This document shows positions 1-12,839 of a stretch of 64,000 nt of DNA, piece by piece; the first letter of the stretch is position 1; each line of letters starts with the position of its first letter. The translations under genes and the position numbers were made by a program. Source of the stretch: Octopus sinensis (Eukaryota); NCBI RefSeq assembly GCF_006345805.1, contig NC_043006.1, positions 39,060,001 through 39,124,000 of the forward strand. The letters are read 5' to 3'. The notes under the pieces are model-generated. The model saw nothing but the letters and a program-made list of their open reading frames with translations. It made no database searches and had not been told where the DNA came from.

Positions 1-8
1 CCAGATTA

Positions 9-35
9 TTACATTACATATATATATATACACAC

Positions 36-67
<32 letters not shown>

Positions 68-462
68 GTGTGTATATATAGATACACACACATATATATA
101 TGTATATATATGTATATATATATATGCATATATGTGTGTGTGTCTGTGTGTGTGTGTATGTGTGTGTGTATACACATATAAATATATGTATATATATGTA
201 TATATATGTATATATATATATACACACACACATTTTACACACATACACACACATATATATTACACACACACATTATGCACATCATTATACACACACAAAT
301 CACACGCATATTATAAACACATATACACACACTATACACACACATTATATACAGACATATATTATACACACATACACACACACACATATATATACACACA
401 CACACTATATACACACACATATATATTATACACACATACACATTACACACACACACACATAG
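9..462. repeat. Compound (TA)n/(TG)n/(CA)n microsatellite tract
   Basis: Visible dinucleotide periodicity; it explains the Y/I/H/T/C/V-only ORFs in the track. Confidence 0.95.
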
Positions 463-689
463 TTTGTAAGTTGAATAATTGTGACATAATTTCTATATCT
501 CTTAGAATGTTAGATATATTGAACTTTGCTACTGCATTGACTGACAATCGTTAAGTAAGTAAATAATATAACTCAACAGAAAGATTAACGAGAAATGGCC
601 ACAGGGGGTGAAAAGTGCAAACTTTCAGACAGTCTTTCTGCAGAGAAAAGTTGATATATATGTGTGAGTGTGTGTGTGTGTGTGTGTGT

Positions 690-1172
690 GCCAGCGCCAC
701 TTGACTGGCACATGTGCTCGTGGTACATGAAAAGCACTATTGATGTATGGCTGATGCCAGTATTGCCTGACTGGCACCCCATGCCAGTGGCACATAAAAA
801 GCGCCATGCGTATGTGGCTGATGCCAGTGCTGCTTGACTGGCACCCTGTGCTGGTGGCACATGAAAAGCATGATTTGAGCATGGCAAATGCCAGTGCTGC
901 CTGGCTAGTACCCTGTGCCAGAGACACATGAAAAGGACCATTCATGCATGGTTGATGCCAGTGCAGCCTGACAGGCTCCCGTGCATATGGCATATAAAAA
1001 GCACCCACTACACTCTTGGAGTGGTTGGCATTAGGAAGGCATCCAGTTGTAGAAACCTTGCCAGATCAGAATGGAGCCTGCTGCAGGCTCCCAGCTTGCC
1101 AGTTCTCAGTCAAACCATCCAACCCATGCCAGCATTGAAAGCAGATGTTAAACGACAATAACGATGATGATG
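690..1172 (+). mobile_element. RTE-tailed non-autonomous retroelement with 5' tandem array of ~60-bp units
   Basis: About 5 degenerate units (GCCAGTG..CTGACTGGCACCC.TGCCAGTGGCACATAAAAAGC), then GGTTGGCATTAGGAAGGCATCCAG...CCATCCAACCCATGCCAGCATTGAAAGCAGATGTTAAACGA and a (GAT)n tail. The same body recurs about ten times in the window. RTE affinity is inferred from the tail type. Confidence 0.7.
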
Positions 1173-1181
1173 ATATATATA

Positions 1182-1230
<49 letters not shown>

Positions 1231-1247
1231 ATGTGTGAGTGTGTGTC

Positions 1248-1332
1248 TTAAATTTAAATATTGAAGTGAATCTAACGGTTTTTGTGTGTTTCTTAAATGG
1301 CTTATAAACACCCTCCGCGCTGCAAATGCTTT
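1248..1332 (+). mobile_element. Fragment of the PLE-like repeat family also at 59554-59756
   Basis: Matches the reverse complement of about 59610-59695 (TTAAA..TTGAAGTGAATC.AACGG.TTTTGTGTGTTTCTTAAATGGCTTA.AAACACC.TCC.CGCTGCAA). It lacks the hammerhead part. Confidence 0.7.
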
Positions 1333-1341
1333 ATATATATA

Positions 1342-1430
<89 letters not shown>

Positions 1431-1439
1431 CGTATATAT

Positions 1440-1637
1440 GTGTGTGTTTGTCCCCTACCATCGCTTGACAACTGATGTTGGTGTGTTCACATCCCCGTAA
1501 CTTAGTAGTTTGGCAAAAGAGACCGATAGAATAAGTACCAGGCTTACAAAGAATAAGTCCTAAGGTCGATTTGTTCGACTAAAGGTGGTGCTCCAGCAGG
1601 GTCACGGTCAAGTGACTGAAAGAAGTAAAAGAGTAAA
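1440..1637 (+). mobile_element. CORE-like tRNA SINE, 3' half
   Basis: Matches the 3' half of the full copy at 47224-47640 and ends in GTAAAAGAGTAAA. Confidence 0.8.
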
Positions 1638-1689
1638 TAGTACATGTATTTTATATATATAAATTATTGTACTGATGACATGAAAAAGC

Positions 1690-1860
1690 AGCCTGTACAC
1701 TCTGTAAAGGGGTCGGCATTAGGAAGAGCATCCAGTCACAGAAATCATACCAAAGGGGACAGTGGAACTTGACACGACCCTCTGACCTGTTGGATCCTCT
1801 CCAATCATCCAACCCATGCCAGCATGGAACACAATCATTAAACGGTGATGATAATGATAT
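1690..1860 (+). mobile_element. RTE-tailed non-autonomous element, short copy
   Basis: GGCATTAGGAAGAGCATCCAG...CATCCAACCCATGCCAGCATGGAA...GATGAT. Confidence 0.65.
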
Positions 1861-1885
1861 CTATCTATCTCTCTCTGTATGTATG

Positions 1886-1917
<32 letters not shown>

Positions 1918-2118
1918 CACACACACATATATATATGTGTGTGTGTGTATGGGCAGGGTGCAGTGTTGCACAGATATCCAGCTGGCAGAAGATATGCCTG
2001 GGGTTAAACTAGTAATAATATGGAGCAGCCACTTTGATGTGGCGATTAACTTTACTTGTTAGTATAGTTACTACTCTCATTTCTTCCCTTCTCATGAGAT
2101 TTTACAACAAGCATTCTG

Positions 2119-2150
<32 letters not shown>

Positions 2151-2154
<4 letters not shown>

Positions 2155-3408
2155 GAGAGAGAGAGAGAGAGAGAGAAAATAATGGTAACACTTAGCATCA
2201 TAATTTTGAAATATCTATAAAACCATCAAAAGCTTGTTTATTTTTATGTGTTTTGATTTGTTATTAGTGTTACTTAATATGTTTTGCTAAAATTACTGTT
2301 TCTTTCCAGATATCATCAGTAAAAGGTAATTGAAATTCATTAAAATGACAGATCTATCGGGCTTCAAAGTGGTCAAATTGTTGGTGCTCGTATGGCAGGT
2401 GCTAGTGTAACGAAAACAGCCGAAATGTTTAGCGTATGAAGAAGTACTCTCTCGAAAGTAATGACATCCTTTGAGAAAGAGGGAAAAAAACTCCTCGTTG
2501 AAACAAAACTCCGGAAGAATACCAAAACTTTCAGATAGGGAACGTTGGATTCTTACGTGAATTGTTAGAAAAGATCACAGAAGTACAGCTCCCAAAATTA
2601 CTTCAGAGCTTAATGACCACCTCAAAAACCCAGTTTCCCTGTTCACTGGGAGCTGCACGAAGCCACATTTCTCAGGAGGATTGCAATCAGAAAACCACTA
2701 TTTGAAAAACGAACGTTGCTAAGTGGAGTAAAAACCTACAGGATTGGTCTCTAGAGCAGTGAAAAAATGTTATTTTCTTGGATGAGTCATCCTTTACCTT
2801 ATTTTCGACCACCAGTCGAGTATACGTGTGGAGACAGCCAAAAGAAACAATTGACCGAGACTGCCTTCTTCCAACTGTTAAACATGGAGGAGGATCTGTG
2901 ATGATCTGGGGGTCTATATCTTTGAAATTCGCCAGCCCAATTGTTTTCCTTCATGGTAGAATTAATAGTCAAGACTATTTAAGCATTTTATCTGATCAAA
3001 TTCATCCTATGTTTACGGAACTGTTTCCGAAGGGAAACGCAATCTATCAGGATGATAATGCACCAATTCACACAGCTAAAGTTGTTACTGAATGGCACAA
3101 GGAACATTCTAGTGAGGTTGAATATCTTACCTGGCCACAACAGTCCCCAGATCTCAATATTATTAAACATTTATGGTGCATTTTGGTATAACAAGAAAGG
3201 AATCGATATCCTCCACCATAATCACTACAAGAACTGGAGACTGTTTTAACAGAAGAATGGACAAAAATTCCTTTGGAAACAATTCAAACTTTGTACAAGT
3301 CCATACCTCATAGAATTTAAGCTGTAATTACTGCCAAAGGCAGTCCTACTGCATATTGAAATAAATTTGTTTGAAATTTTAAGGTGTTTCCATTATTTTG
3401 TCCAACTC

Positions 3409-3411
<3 letters not shown>
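2151..3411 (+). mobile_element. Full-length Tc1-family DNA transposon (DD36E spacing), inactive
   Basis: TA-flanked on both sides. Right TIR is GTGTTTCCATTATTTTGTCCAACTCCTG; left TIR is CAG(AG)nAAAATAATGGTAACAC. A transposase remnant lies between them. Confidence 0.92.
2345..3359 (+). pseudogene. Tc1 transposase pseudogene
   Basis: MTDLS..GQIVGARMAGASVTKTAEMF (paired-like HTH), DESSF, VKHGGGSVMIWG, YQDDNAPIH, WPQQSPDLNIIKHLW, AKGSPTAY*. It has frameshifts and stops, and the catalytic E is replaced by K. Confidence 0.92.
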
Positions 3412-3455
<44 letters not shown>

Positions 3456-3928
3456 TGATGATGTTAATTTAATGGAGACCTTCTCAAGAATGAGAAATCA
3501 GTTATTCATGTATTAATTATTTGTTCTGTGAATCTTTATGCAGGTCTCTGGCTCCTTCTGTTCTTTTGTGTATAAATGTGTTCTGCTACCCGTGTAATGC
3601 GATGTAAGATAAAATTCATTCTGGTTTTGTTTCCCATAGCATTTCAGAACTTCTCCTGAGTTGTGACAAATTTTTCTAGACAATGACAGCTATGGAGAAT
3701 AACAAATGTCTTTTTGAATCTCCCTGTGAACAGGAAACAAAACAAAACAAACCAAAAAAAGAAAGGGATCTCTGAAGAAAATGCCAGAGACATTAGTTTA
3801 CACTTTGTACAAAACAGCAATGACCCTGGTGAATTTCTCCTTCTCAACAATGGTTTATCTTGCAAGAGAAGGAACACTGTTTAATGTGCACATGCACATA
3901 TGTGTGTGAGCGTGTGTGTGCATGTATA

Positions 3929-3954
<26 letters not shown>

Positions 3955-3969
<15 letters not shown>

Positions 3970-4036
3970 ATAATGAGAGAGATGAATAGGTAGAGAGATG
4001 GATGGATAGATAGAAAGATAAATAGATGGAGAGATG

Positions 4037-4094
<58 letters not shown>

Positions 4095-4138
4095 AAGCTG
4101 GATAGGTGGATGGATGGATGAATGGATGGATAGATAAT

Positions 4139-4191
<53 letters not shown>

Positions 4192-4192
4192 C
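3955..4192. repeat. (GATA)n/(GATG)n tetranucleotide tract
   Basis: Direct periodicity. Confidence 0.9.
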
Positions 4193-4439
4193 AGGGACAT
4201 GCCACCTAGGCTGGCAAGTTGGGCAGTGCCTTTCTTGAACAAAATAGATGGATAGTAATATATTCCTTTTGTGGCAAAATATGCTCCTAAAGATATGAAC
4301 GTTAATCTGATTACTATGCATGAAATGCAAAATATTAAATTTTTTTGTAGATTAGGTAGGCATAATTCATCCCTGCTTTTCAATCTCAGTATTTTAGTTA
4401 CCCATGGTACTGCTGTAGTGCATGTGCTGCGTACACTCC

Positions 4440-4710
4440 TACAACCATTTCTTTATGTGCACATAAAAGCACCATCCAAACGTGGCCAATGCCAGTGTCC
4501 CTTGACTGGCTACAGTGCTGGTGGCACATAAAAAGCACCCACCACTACACTCTTGGAGTGGTTGGCATTAGGAAGGGCATCCAGCTGTAGAAACATCGCC
4601 AGATCAGATTGGAGCCTGGTGCAGCCTCCTGGCTTGCCAGTCTCCAGTCAAACCGACTGAAGCATGCCAGCATGGAAAACGGATATTAAGCGATGATGAT
4701 GATGATGATG
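4440..4710 (+). mobile_element. RTE-tailed non-autonomous element
   Basis: One to two array units, the conserved body and a (GAT)n tail. Confidence 0.75.
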
Positions 4711-5561
4711 CGACAAAGCCAGAAGTAAATCTGCCTTCAACTCAGAGGCAAAACTGAGCTTTGCTTATTTTTTGTGTATTTTACAACACAAAGATCACCA
4801 ACTGCCTACCCTGAGTAACTACTTGTAACATGTGCCTGATATATATGTATATATATATATATATCATCATCAAATATACTTATATATGTATATATATATA
4901 TGTATATATACGGCAAGAAGAAAATGGAGGGAATCCAGAGGTAGTATTCATCAGCTGTTAAACATTATATTATGTCCATTTATTTATTTTAAGCAATTAT
5001 GAGAATATATATACATATGTAAAGATTGTGTTTTACATAAATAAGTACCAGTAATTTCAAGAATAGAGAAAGAAGAACAGTTTCTTACAGCTGCTTCTGC
5101 CAAGAGATCACAGTACCCTCCATATTATTTCCATCTTTTCAGTGCACTGTAATGGGCAGTACTTAAAATTAGGGTACTCGGGTGTGCCTCTAGCCTTCAT
5201 CAGAGAGTTTAGAAGAGGGTCTAAAAAGTTCAGAGGGCTAATTTATGTACATATAAATACACACACACACACACATATACAAAAGAATTAGTTATTAGTA
5301 GGTATAGTACAATATTCCTATTGGAGAGTATATAAGAAGAGAAATAAGAGTAAAAACGAAGAAAGCAATAGAGTTAGAGAGGAGTACAGTTTTGTACAAA
5401 TGAAAAGGTATATGAAAGGAGAAATACACACACACGTTTCATGTGTTAGGAAGGGTGAATTCATGCAGTGGTTTGTATTAATAATTGGGTATATTACCAG
5501 CAGTATATTGGATAGATACTTTCCCTTAGTTGGTTGGATTCACAACCTCTAACTCTCTTGG

Positions 5562-5602
<41 letters not shown>

Positions 5603-5924
5603 TATTTATATATGAGGTAGCTAGTTAGAAATTCTTTATAAGAGATGATAGTAGTAGCTATACTGAGATGTAAAGCTTATTGCCACTTGAACATGGCTGT
5701 TCCAAAGGTATCAACATTCCCATCGTTTTTAACCCCACGAGGAGCTTCCTCCAGCTGGTTATTGATGTAATTTGCACTCAGTATATACTGCCAGCAGGGG
5801 AGCAAACCCCTACTATCTTCTAGCAGACGATGGGACCACCAGATCGTGTGGTTTCAGTCTATTTGTGAGCGCAGAGGCTTTCTGTTAAAATGTTTAGATT
5901 CTCCAATATATTGCTTCCCAATTT

Positions 5925-6090
5925 TAGCACAAGGCCAGCAATTTCAGGGGAGGGTGTAAGCCAATTTCATGAACCCCAGTTTTCAACTGGTACTTAGTTT
6001 ATGAACCCCAAAAGTGATATAAAGCAAAGTCGGCCTCAATGGAATTTGAACTCAAAACATGAAGACAGACAAAATGCTGTTAAGTTTTCG
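5925..6090 (-). mobile_element. Meta-like tRNA SINE (subfamily B), partial
   Basis: Reverse complement of GAGTTCAAATTCC..GAGG.CGACTTTGC.TT..C.TTT.GGG...ATAAA.TAAGTACCAG. Confidence 0.7.
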
Positions 6091-7359
6091 TGTCCAAAGT
6101 ATTATTGGACTAAAAACATACTCATGCACACACCAATATAAATACATGCCTTTGTTTGCATAAGTTGTGACGAAGCAGCTGCTTTGTATGCACGTATGCA
6201 TGACTGCACCAGTATATGCGCATGTGTATGGGTGAATTAGTTACTTTTTTTTTTTTTGGCAAACTACAGTTTCCTTGGACTACAATGGAAGCAATCTCGA
6301 ATCGGTAGTTGAAGAATAAATATTGCATCTGCTCTACATTGTCTAATATGATGTATAAGATTAACTTCTTATAACTAGAAGAAGTCTATTGTTACATTCC
6401 ATAAACATAAACTGACACACACACACACACACACACCGATACACACACACACCGATACACACACACATATAGATACTTCATAAAAATTGATTTTATTTCA
6501 TATGGTGGATTTAAAGTTGTTTTTTTTTATGTACTGAGATTTAAAAGAATCTGGAATTCAAGTTATTTTGAAAGGTGAGGCTGCAGAGAGTGGTTCTTCT
6601 AAATTTTATATTTTGCAGTGTCTGGCAAAAACTTGCCTTCAAAATATCACATCAGCTCCATCTTTATCTCACCATCCCCTACCATTACATTCAACTTAAC
6701 ACATTTCTTTTAAATGAAAATAAGATGAGAGAAAGTGTAAACAAGAAAAGAAAAAAAAAAAAGACTGTGAAAGCAACAAATAATGAATTTTTTTTTCTTT
6801 ACCCTCCATTTAGAATAAAAATTACGTTTGAATTAAAATGGTAGATTTAACTTCTTAACTTTTACCCATCATGCTTAGCAAAACATTTCATTTTTTCCCT
6901 TTCTTTATGAATAGACATAAGGAGTGTTTTGAAAAGAGTAGAGTCAACTTTTAAGGCATTGAATTGGAGAATTTGTTAAAGCCTCAGATGAAGTTTCTTA
7001 TGACATTTGGTTCTGACTCATCATGCACTGAGTATCCAGGCAGGTGTTTGTCACACACCTGCCTAAGCCTATCAAGGATTTTAGCAGGGTTTAAGCAACT
7101 GAAAGTAAAATACTACCCAGTGACTAGGATATGAGTATATCCTAGGGTTAAATTCCCATCAGCATTCACTCATGCTCAGTGAAGTATAATGCTTTACTTA
7201 AGGTAGAGCTTATCTTGGTTTTTGTAGTGGATGAGAGTAAAATTTACTACCCAGTGAATCCTGGGCTTCCAGTGCATCCTGGGTTAAATCCATCCCCACA
7301 ACCACACCAAGATGTTGTCTTGTAAAACACTCATAAAAAGAGAATACTGGAAAGAAGGC

Positions 7360-7925
7360 GGATCTCTTCAGTTTGGCTCACAGATTTTTTAATTATTTTT
7401 TCTAACTAAACAGTCTGAAACTTCATATATTGGTGTAATTTCTGACACTGAACATGGTTTACTTTCAACATTTTTGAAACAAAATTTCTTATTTTAGAAG
7501 CTATTTCACATTAAAGTTGTCGCATTTGGATAATTTTAACCAATGAATGATGTGTATTAAGCTGAAGAAACCTACTGCTGTTTGCAATAGTAATTGAAGA
7601 GCAACAACTTCCAGGTCATCTCTACTAAATGTATTTTTCAACCATGTGTGGATTATTCAGTAGATGATCCGAAAGTTGTTGATCTTTGGTTACTATCACA
7701 AATAGTAGTAGGTTTTTTCAGCTCAATACACATCACTGATTGGTTAAAATTACCCAAATACGACATCTTTAACACAAAATAACTTCTAAAATAAGAAATT
7801 TTATCAAAAATGTTGAAAGTAAACCGTGTTCAGAGTCAGAAATTACACCAGTATATGAAGTTTCAAACTGTTTAGTTAGATAAAAAAAATAACTAAAACA
7901 TTTGTGAACCAAACTGAAGAGATCC
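7360..7925. mobile_element. Fold-back MITE-like palindrome (~270-bp arms)
   Basis: It begins GGATCTCTTCAGTTTGG and ends CCAAACTGAAGAGATCC. The arms align in reverse complement all the way to a central spacer near 7630-7655. Confidence 0.85.
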
Positions 7926-8161
7926 AAGAAAACAACAAGGAAAAACTACGCTTTCTTTAAGATGCTTATCAGTATTCCTAACACATAACAAATAAAAAAG
8001 AATTACCATATTTGATGGCCTATAAGATGCACGAGTGCAATGAACATATATATAAATAAAAAATTTACCATATTTACTCATATATAAGTCACTCTTGTCT
8101 ATAAATCACATCCCTAACATAGTGTTAAATCTTGGTACAAAATTTTTTCCCATCATCGTTC

Positions 8162-8882
8162 TATTGTGTTGAGTCAAAAGTTTAGCAATATTTTGGTAAG
8201 TTCTTTGCTCTATCCATCAACTTACCACAAAAGCAGCCCGGCAGTCAAAGCAGAGGTCTTCATGTTGCACTATTTAAAGTTAATTTTCTGCCAGTTCTTT
8301 GAGCCCATGCTGATACCAGTTCTTGTCCTCCAAAGCAGATAATTCTTTCTGAAGCTTCTATCTTCTCTTGGAGGTCCCTTGGATTATTACTTGTTCTAAT
8401 CTCCGCCTCCCTTCCTGCGCTCTTGACACTAAGAGGAGGTGGAGGCTTCAGTGAAAGAGTTCTTCAGCTTGAAAGACCAGAGATGGTATCACCATCTGGC
8501 GGCGAGCTGGAAGAAACGTTAGCATGCCGGGCGAAATGCGTAGCCGTATTTCGTGTGCTATTACGTTCTGAGTTCAAATTCCACCGAGGTCGACTTGGCC
8601 TTTCATCCTTTCGGGGTCGATAAATTAAGTACCAGTTATGCACTGGGGTCGATGTAATCGACTTAATCCGTTTGTCTGTCCTTGTTTGTCCCTTCTGTGT
8701 TTAGCCCTTCGTCGGTAGTAAAAAAATAGGTATCACCATGGGATCAAAGAACTGGCAGAAAGGTGGTTTTTAATGGTGCAACACGATGGCTTCTACTTTG
8801 AATGTGAGGTTGCTTATGTTCTAATTTGATGAATAAGCTAAATACGTAACTTAAATATTGCAAAACTTAACTCAGCACAATA
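8162..8882. mobile_element. Mariner-derived fold-back element made of two inverted 3' ends, interrupted by a SINE
   Basis: Mariner-type TIRs at both ends (TATTGTGTTGAGTCAAAAGTTTAGCAATATTT / AAATATTGCAAAACTTAACTCAGCACAATA). Both arms encode the transposase C-terminus: + EEVEASVKEFFSLKDQRWYHHGIKELAERWFLMVQHDGFYFE and - KELSALEDKNWYQHGLKELAEN*L*IVQHEDLCFD. Confidence 0.8.
8496..8728 (+). mobile_element. Full-length Meta-like tRNA SINE (subfamily A) with 11-bp TSD
   Basis: A-box-like TGGAAGAAACG, B box AGTTCAAATTC, and core CCGAGGTCGACTTGGCCTTTCATCCTTTCGGGGTCGATAAATTAAGTACCAG. TSD GGTATCACCAT at 8485-8495 and 8729-8739. Confidence 0.9.
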
Positions 8883-9776
8883 GCTTTGCTCTAAGTGTAA
8901 ACTGCATCCCTAATTAATGTTAAATCTTGCATGAAATTAGTTCCCTTCACTGCTTTAACATTGCCCTGTCTATAAGTTGCATCTCAGATTTTCTCTGTTA
9001 AAATGAAATATGAAATAGTGCGAATTAGACATCAGTAAATATAGCAATATGATATGACATCAGAATAAACTCATTCTATTATAGTGCATCACGATGTGAT
9101 GTAAGCAGGGAATATGCCCTGATTTTAGACCTTTTAAATCAATTGCATTGAATAAAAATCTAAGGATCCTAATAAAATGTACATCTGGAACAAAATGGCT
9201 GAAAGCACTGGAATAAATCCTTAACAAACATGCATGCTACGAAAAAGTTGATTCTCTACACTTCTCTGCTTTAGGACAACAAAAACTGAAACTAGGAAAC
9301 TATAGCGATGGAATAAATAAATTGAAATCGCGTTACAATATTGATTTGGAAAAGTGACTAAAACCACTTGAACTCCCATTTTAAAAAATAACAGAATGAA
9401 TTGTTCTGGATATCATAACAAAAATATATATATATGTTAATAAAATACAAGGTGGGTTTAGAAAAAAGAGGGAGAAAAACAACCAAAAGGGGCACAAACA
9501 ACATTTTGATTTCCCTTCGTATTTATCCAAATTTTATCTTTTAATATGATTCTATTATTATTATTGTTATTGTTATTATTGATGATTTGTTTTTGTTTAC
9601 TAATAATTCTTTACTTTTGAAATTTGCCCTTGAACAAACCAATTGCCCTATTTATTACCGTTTACCATGGTGACTGAAGTAAGACTGGAATATGAAAGTG
9701 AAAGTGATAATGAAAACGTTAATTTGAAAAAATACAGAGAGTCTCATACAAATAATACACACACACACACACACAC

Positions 9777-9823
<47 letters not shown>

Positions 9824-9945
9824 TGAATAAAACAAACAAAAAGAACAATATACAGTTTACACACTTAAAGCTACAAAACTAGTAGAAAATTAAAGTTGCT
9901 TTCCTTCATTTATTATTAGTATCGTTATTATCCTTATCCTTGTTG

Positions 9946-9994
<49 letters not shown>

Positions 9995-10166
9995 CGTTAT
10001 TATTGTAGTTGTTGCTGTTATGAGTGTGGTTATTTTTGCTTTTGTTTTATTTAAAGATAAGCGCTCTTTAGGCCTTCACATCGAAACTTATGACTCACTC
10101 GACTAAAATAGAAATTCATTATAGACTTCAATGGCAGAAAGACAAATAATGATAATAATAGCAATA

Positions 10167-10208
<42 letters not shown>

Positions 10209-10261
10209 GGAAAAGAAAATAAGGTAAACAAAATGTATAAATAAATATTAAACAAACAACT

Positions 10262-10456
10262 AAAATAGCAACAATAACAGCAATAATGAAGACAACAACA
10301 GCAGTACAACTACTACTACTAATAATAATAGCATCAACAACAAAAACAATGATAGTAATAACAATGAAAATAATAGTAATATTAATAATAATAGCAATTG
10401 TGATTGTGATGAGGATGATGACAATGATGATGATGATAATGATAATAATAATAATA

Positions 10457-10499
<43 letters not shown>

Positions 10500-10512
10500 T
10501 AATAATAATGGT
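10262..10512. repeat. Degenerate (AAT)/(GAT)/(CAA) trinucleotide tract
   Basis: Direct periodicity. Confidence 0.9.
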
Positions 10513-10789
10513 AGGGAATCAAAGTTTTGATAAATGAAGCAATTTATGAAATAGCGGAAACAGGATTTTTGCTGTTGTTGAAGAAAAAGAATCGAAAATA
10601 AAATCAGCAAAAAATATAAATTCAAAACAAAAATTGGAAAATAAATGGAAAAGCAAACAGAAAAGTGTAAAAGAAAATGGTTAAAAGATAAAGAAAAATC
10701 AATGAAAAATACAATTAAAAAAGACAAAATTATCTTATGTTTTATTATATTTATCGTTTAGAGCTCACATATTCATTCACAGAGGAACG

Positions 10790-10919
10790 CATACGTGTGT
10801 GCACGTGTGTATATATATATATACAAAAATGCACATACACACATGTGTGTATATTTGTATATATATATATATATAGATAGATAGATAGATTTACGTATAT
10901 AGACATGTATATATATGTG

Positions 10920-10951
<32 letters not shown>

Positions 10952-11342
10952 CACACCCATGCACACATGTATACATACATACATACATACACACACACAC
11001 ATATATATATATATATACACATATACATACACACACATGCATACAAATATATATACCTATATATATGAATGTATATGTATATATATATATATATTTCTAT
11101 GCACACACACATATATATATATACACATATACATACACACACATGTACACATACATACACATATATATATATATGAATGCATGTATATACATATATATAT
11201 ACACACAATACATACATACACATATATATGAACGCATGTATATATACACACACACAAATACATTCATCTATGCATATATATACTTATATATATGTACATA
11301 TAATATATATACACACAAATATATATATATATATATATACAT

Positions 11343-11378
<36 letters not shown>

Positions 11379-11503
11379 TCAAATATATATATACATATAT
11401 GTATGTATATATGTGTATACACACACATTAATTTGTCTAATATTTTGAAATTAGCTTTTGATTAGGATGTTCATTTTGTTTTCCATTATGTTTTGTAGTG
11501 TGT

Positions 11504-11565
<62 letters not shown>
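10790..11565. repeat. Long (TA)/(CA)/(TG) microsatellite field
   Basis: Direct periodicity. Confidence 0.9.
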
Positions 11566-11566
<1 letters not shown>

Positions 11567-11698
11567 CATGCACAAAGGGAGAAAGAAGTGGTTTATTCCT
11601 TTTTGTCTTTCTTCCTTTCTTTCTGAACAGACAAACAAAAACCCCTTAACAACATAGCTGCTTTATCAATATATGGCAGTGACTTCCTATTGGGACTT

Positions 11699-11761
<63 letters not shown>

Positions 11762-12471
11762 ATATTATATATATATACATACATACACACGCACATTTTT
11801 TTTATTTTTACATCGCCAGCTTCTTTACACTTGGCTACTTCCTTCTTCACACAATTCTTACTTCTGGATTTTTCATCATATTTTTCCTTCTCACATTCTT
11901 TCTTCCATTTTGTCTGCTTCAATTTCTTCATCATTCAATTCTTAGTCTTTCTTCATCTTAATACTCTCAGCTTCTTATACTTCCACCTTTATTCTTCAGT
12001 AATCTTCTTCTTCTTCCAGTCTTCCACCTTCCTCCTTTTCCACCATCTTCTTTTGACCTCAGTTATTTCATCATATCACAATACATTAGTGTTTTTTTTT
12101 CCCCCCCTTTTTAATGATTTTGTTCAAAACAAGGCTTGAAGCCACTGTGTGTAAGGGACTACAAAGTAGGGAAGGAAAGGGGCCTGCAATTTCAAAAGCT
12201 GTCATTTGCCAAAATGCTTAAGGGTCTGAATATCATAGACGAGAGATAAAAGAGAAACTGGACAATGGTAGGGAGATCCAGGGAGCAGTAGTTATAGGAA
12301 CGGAGCTCTAAGAAGAAAAGGGATTTAAAACTAACGGGAAATTCAACAGAGAAACAATACATAAGGGAAGAAAAGTAGGTAACAGGTTCAAAGGGCCTGA
12401 GAGAGGGGACTAGACAAGAGAATTCAACAGAATGATGACCCTGAAAACATTTCTAGAAGAAAAACAAAGAC

Positions 12472-12796
12472 ACAGGTGTAGGAGTGGATGTGTGGTAAGA
12501 AGCTTGCTACCCAACCACATGGTTTTGGGTTCAGTCCTACTGTGTGGCACCTTGGTGACCGAAGCCTTGTGAGTGGATTTGAAAGATGGAAACTGAAAGA
12601 AGCCTGTCGTATATATATTCTTTTACTTGTTTTGATCATTTGTCTGTGGCCATGCTGGAGCACTGCCTTGAGTCAAACAAATTGACCTGCTAAGTTATGG
12701 GGACATAAACACACCAGCATTGGGTGTCAAGCAATGGTGGTGGGGACAACCACAGTAACACAAATGCATGCATACATATATACATTCATATATATT

Positions 12797-12839
<43 letters not shown>

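Noticed and set aside
3640-3770. Minus-strand acceptor-like site TTTGTTTCCTGTTCACAG
   Set aside because: All three frames stop within about 27 codons and no donor is evident. It could only be UTR, which I cannot support.
5080-5210. CTGATGAAGGCTAG and GAAGCAGCTGTAAG motifs (minus strand)
   Set aside because: They resemble hammerhead halves but are separated, out of register and lack pairing partners; at most very old PLE debris.
12140-12460. Purine-rich segment as a LINE fragment
   Set aside because: The compositional bias suggests an old LINE on the minus strand, but I could not read a diagnostic motif.
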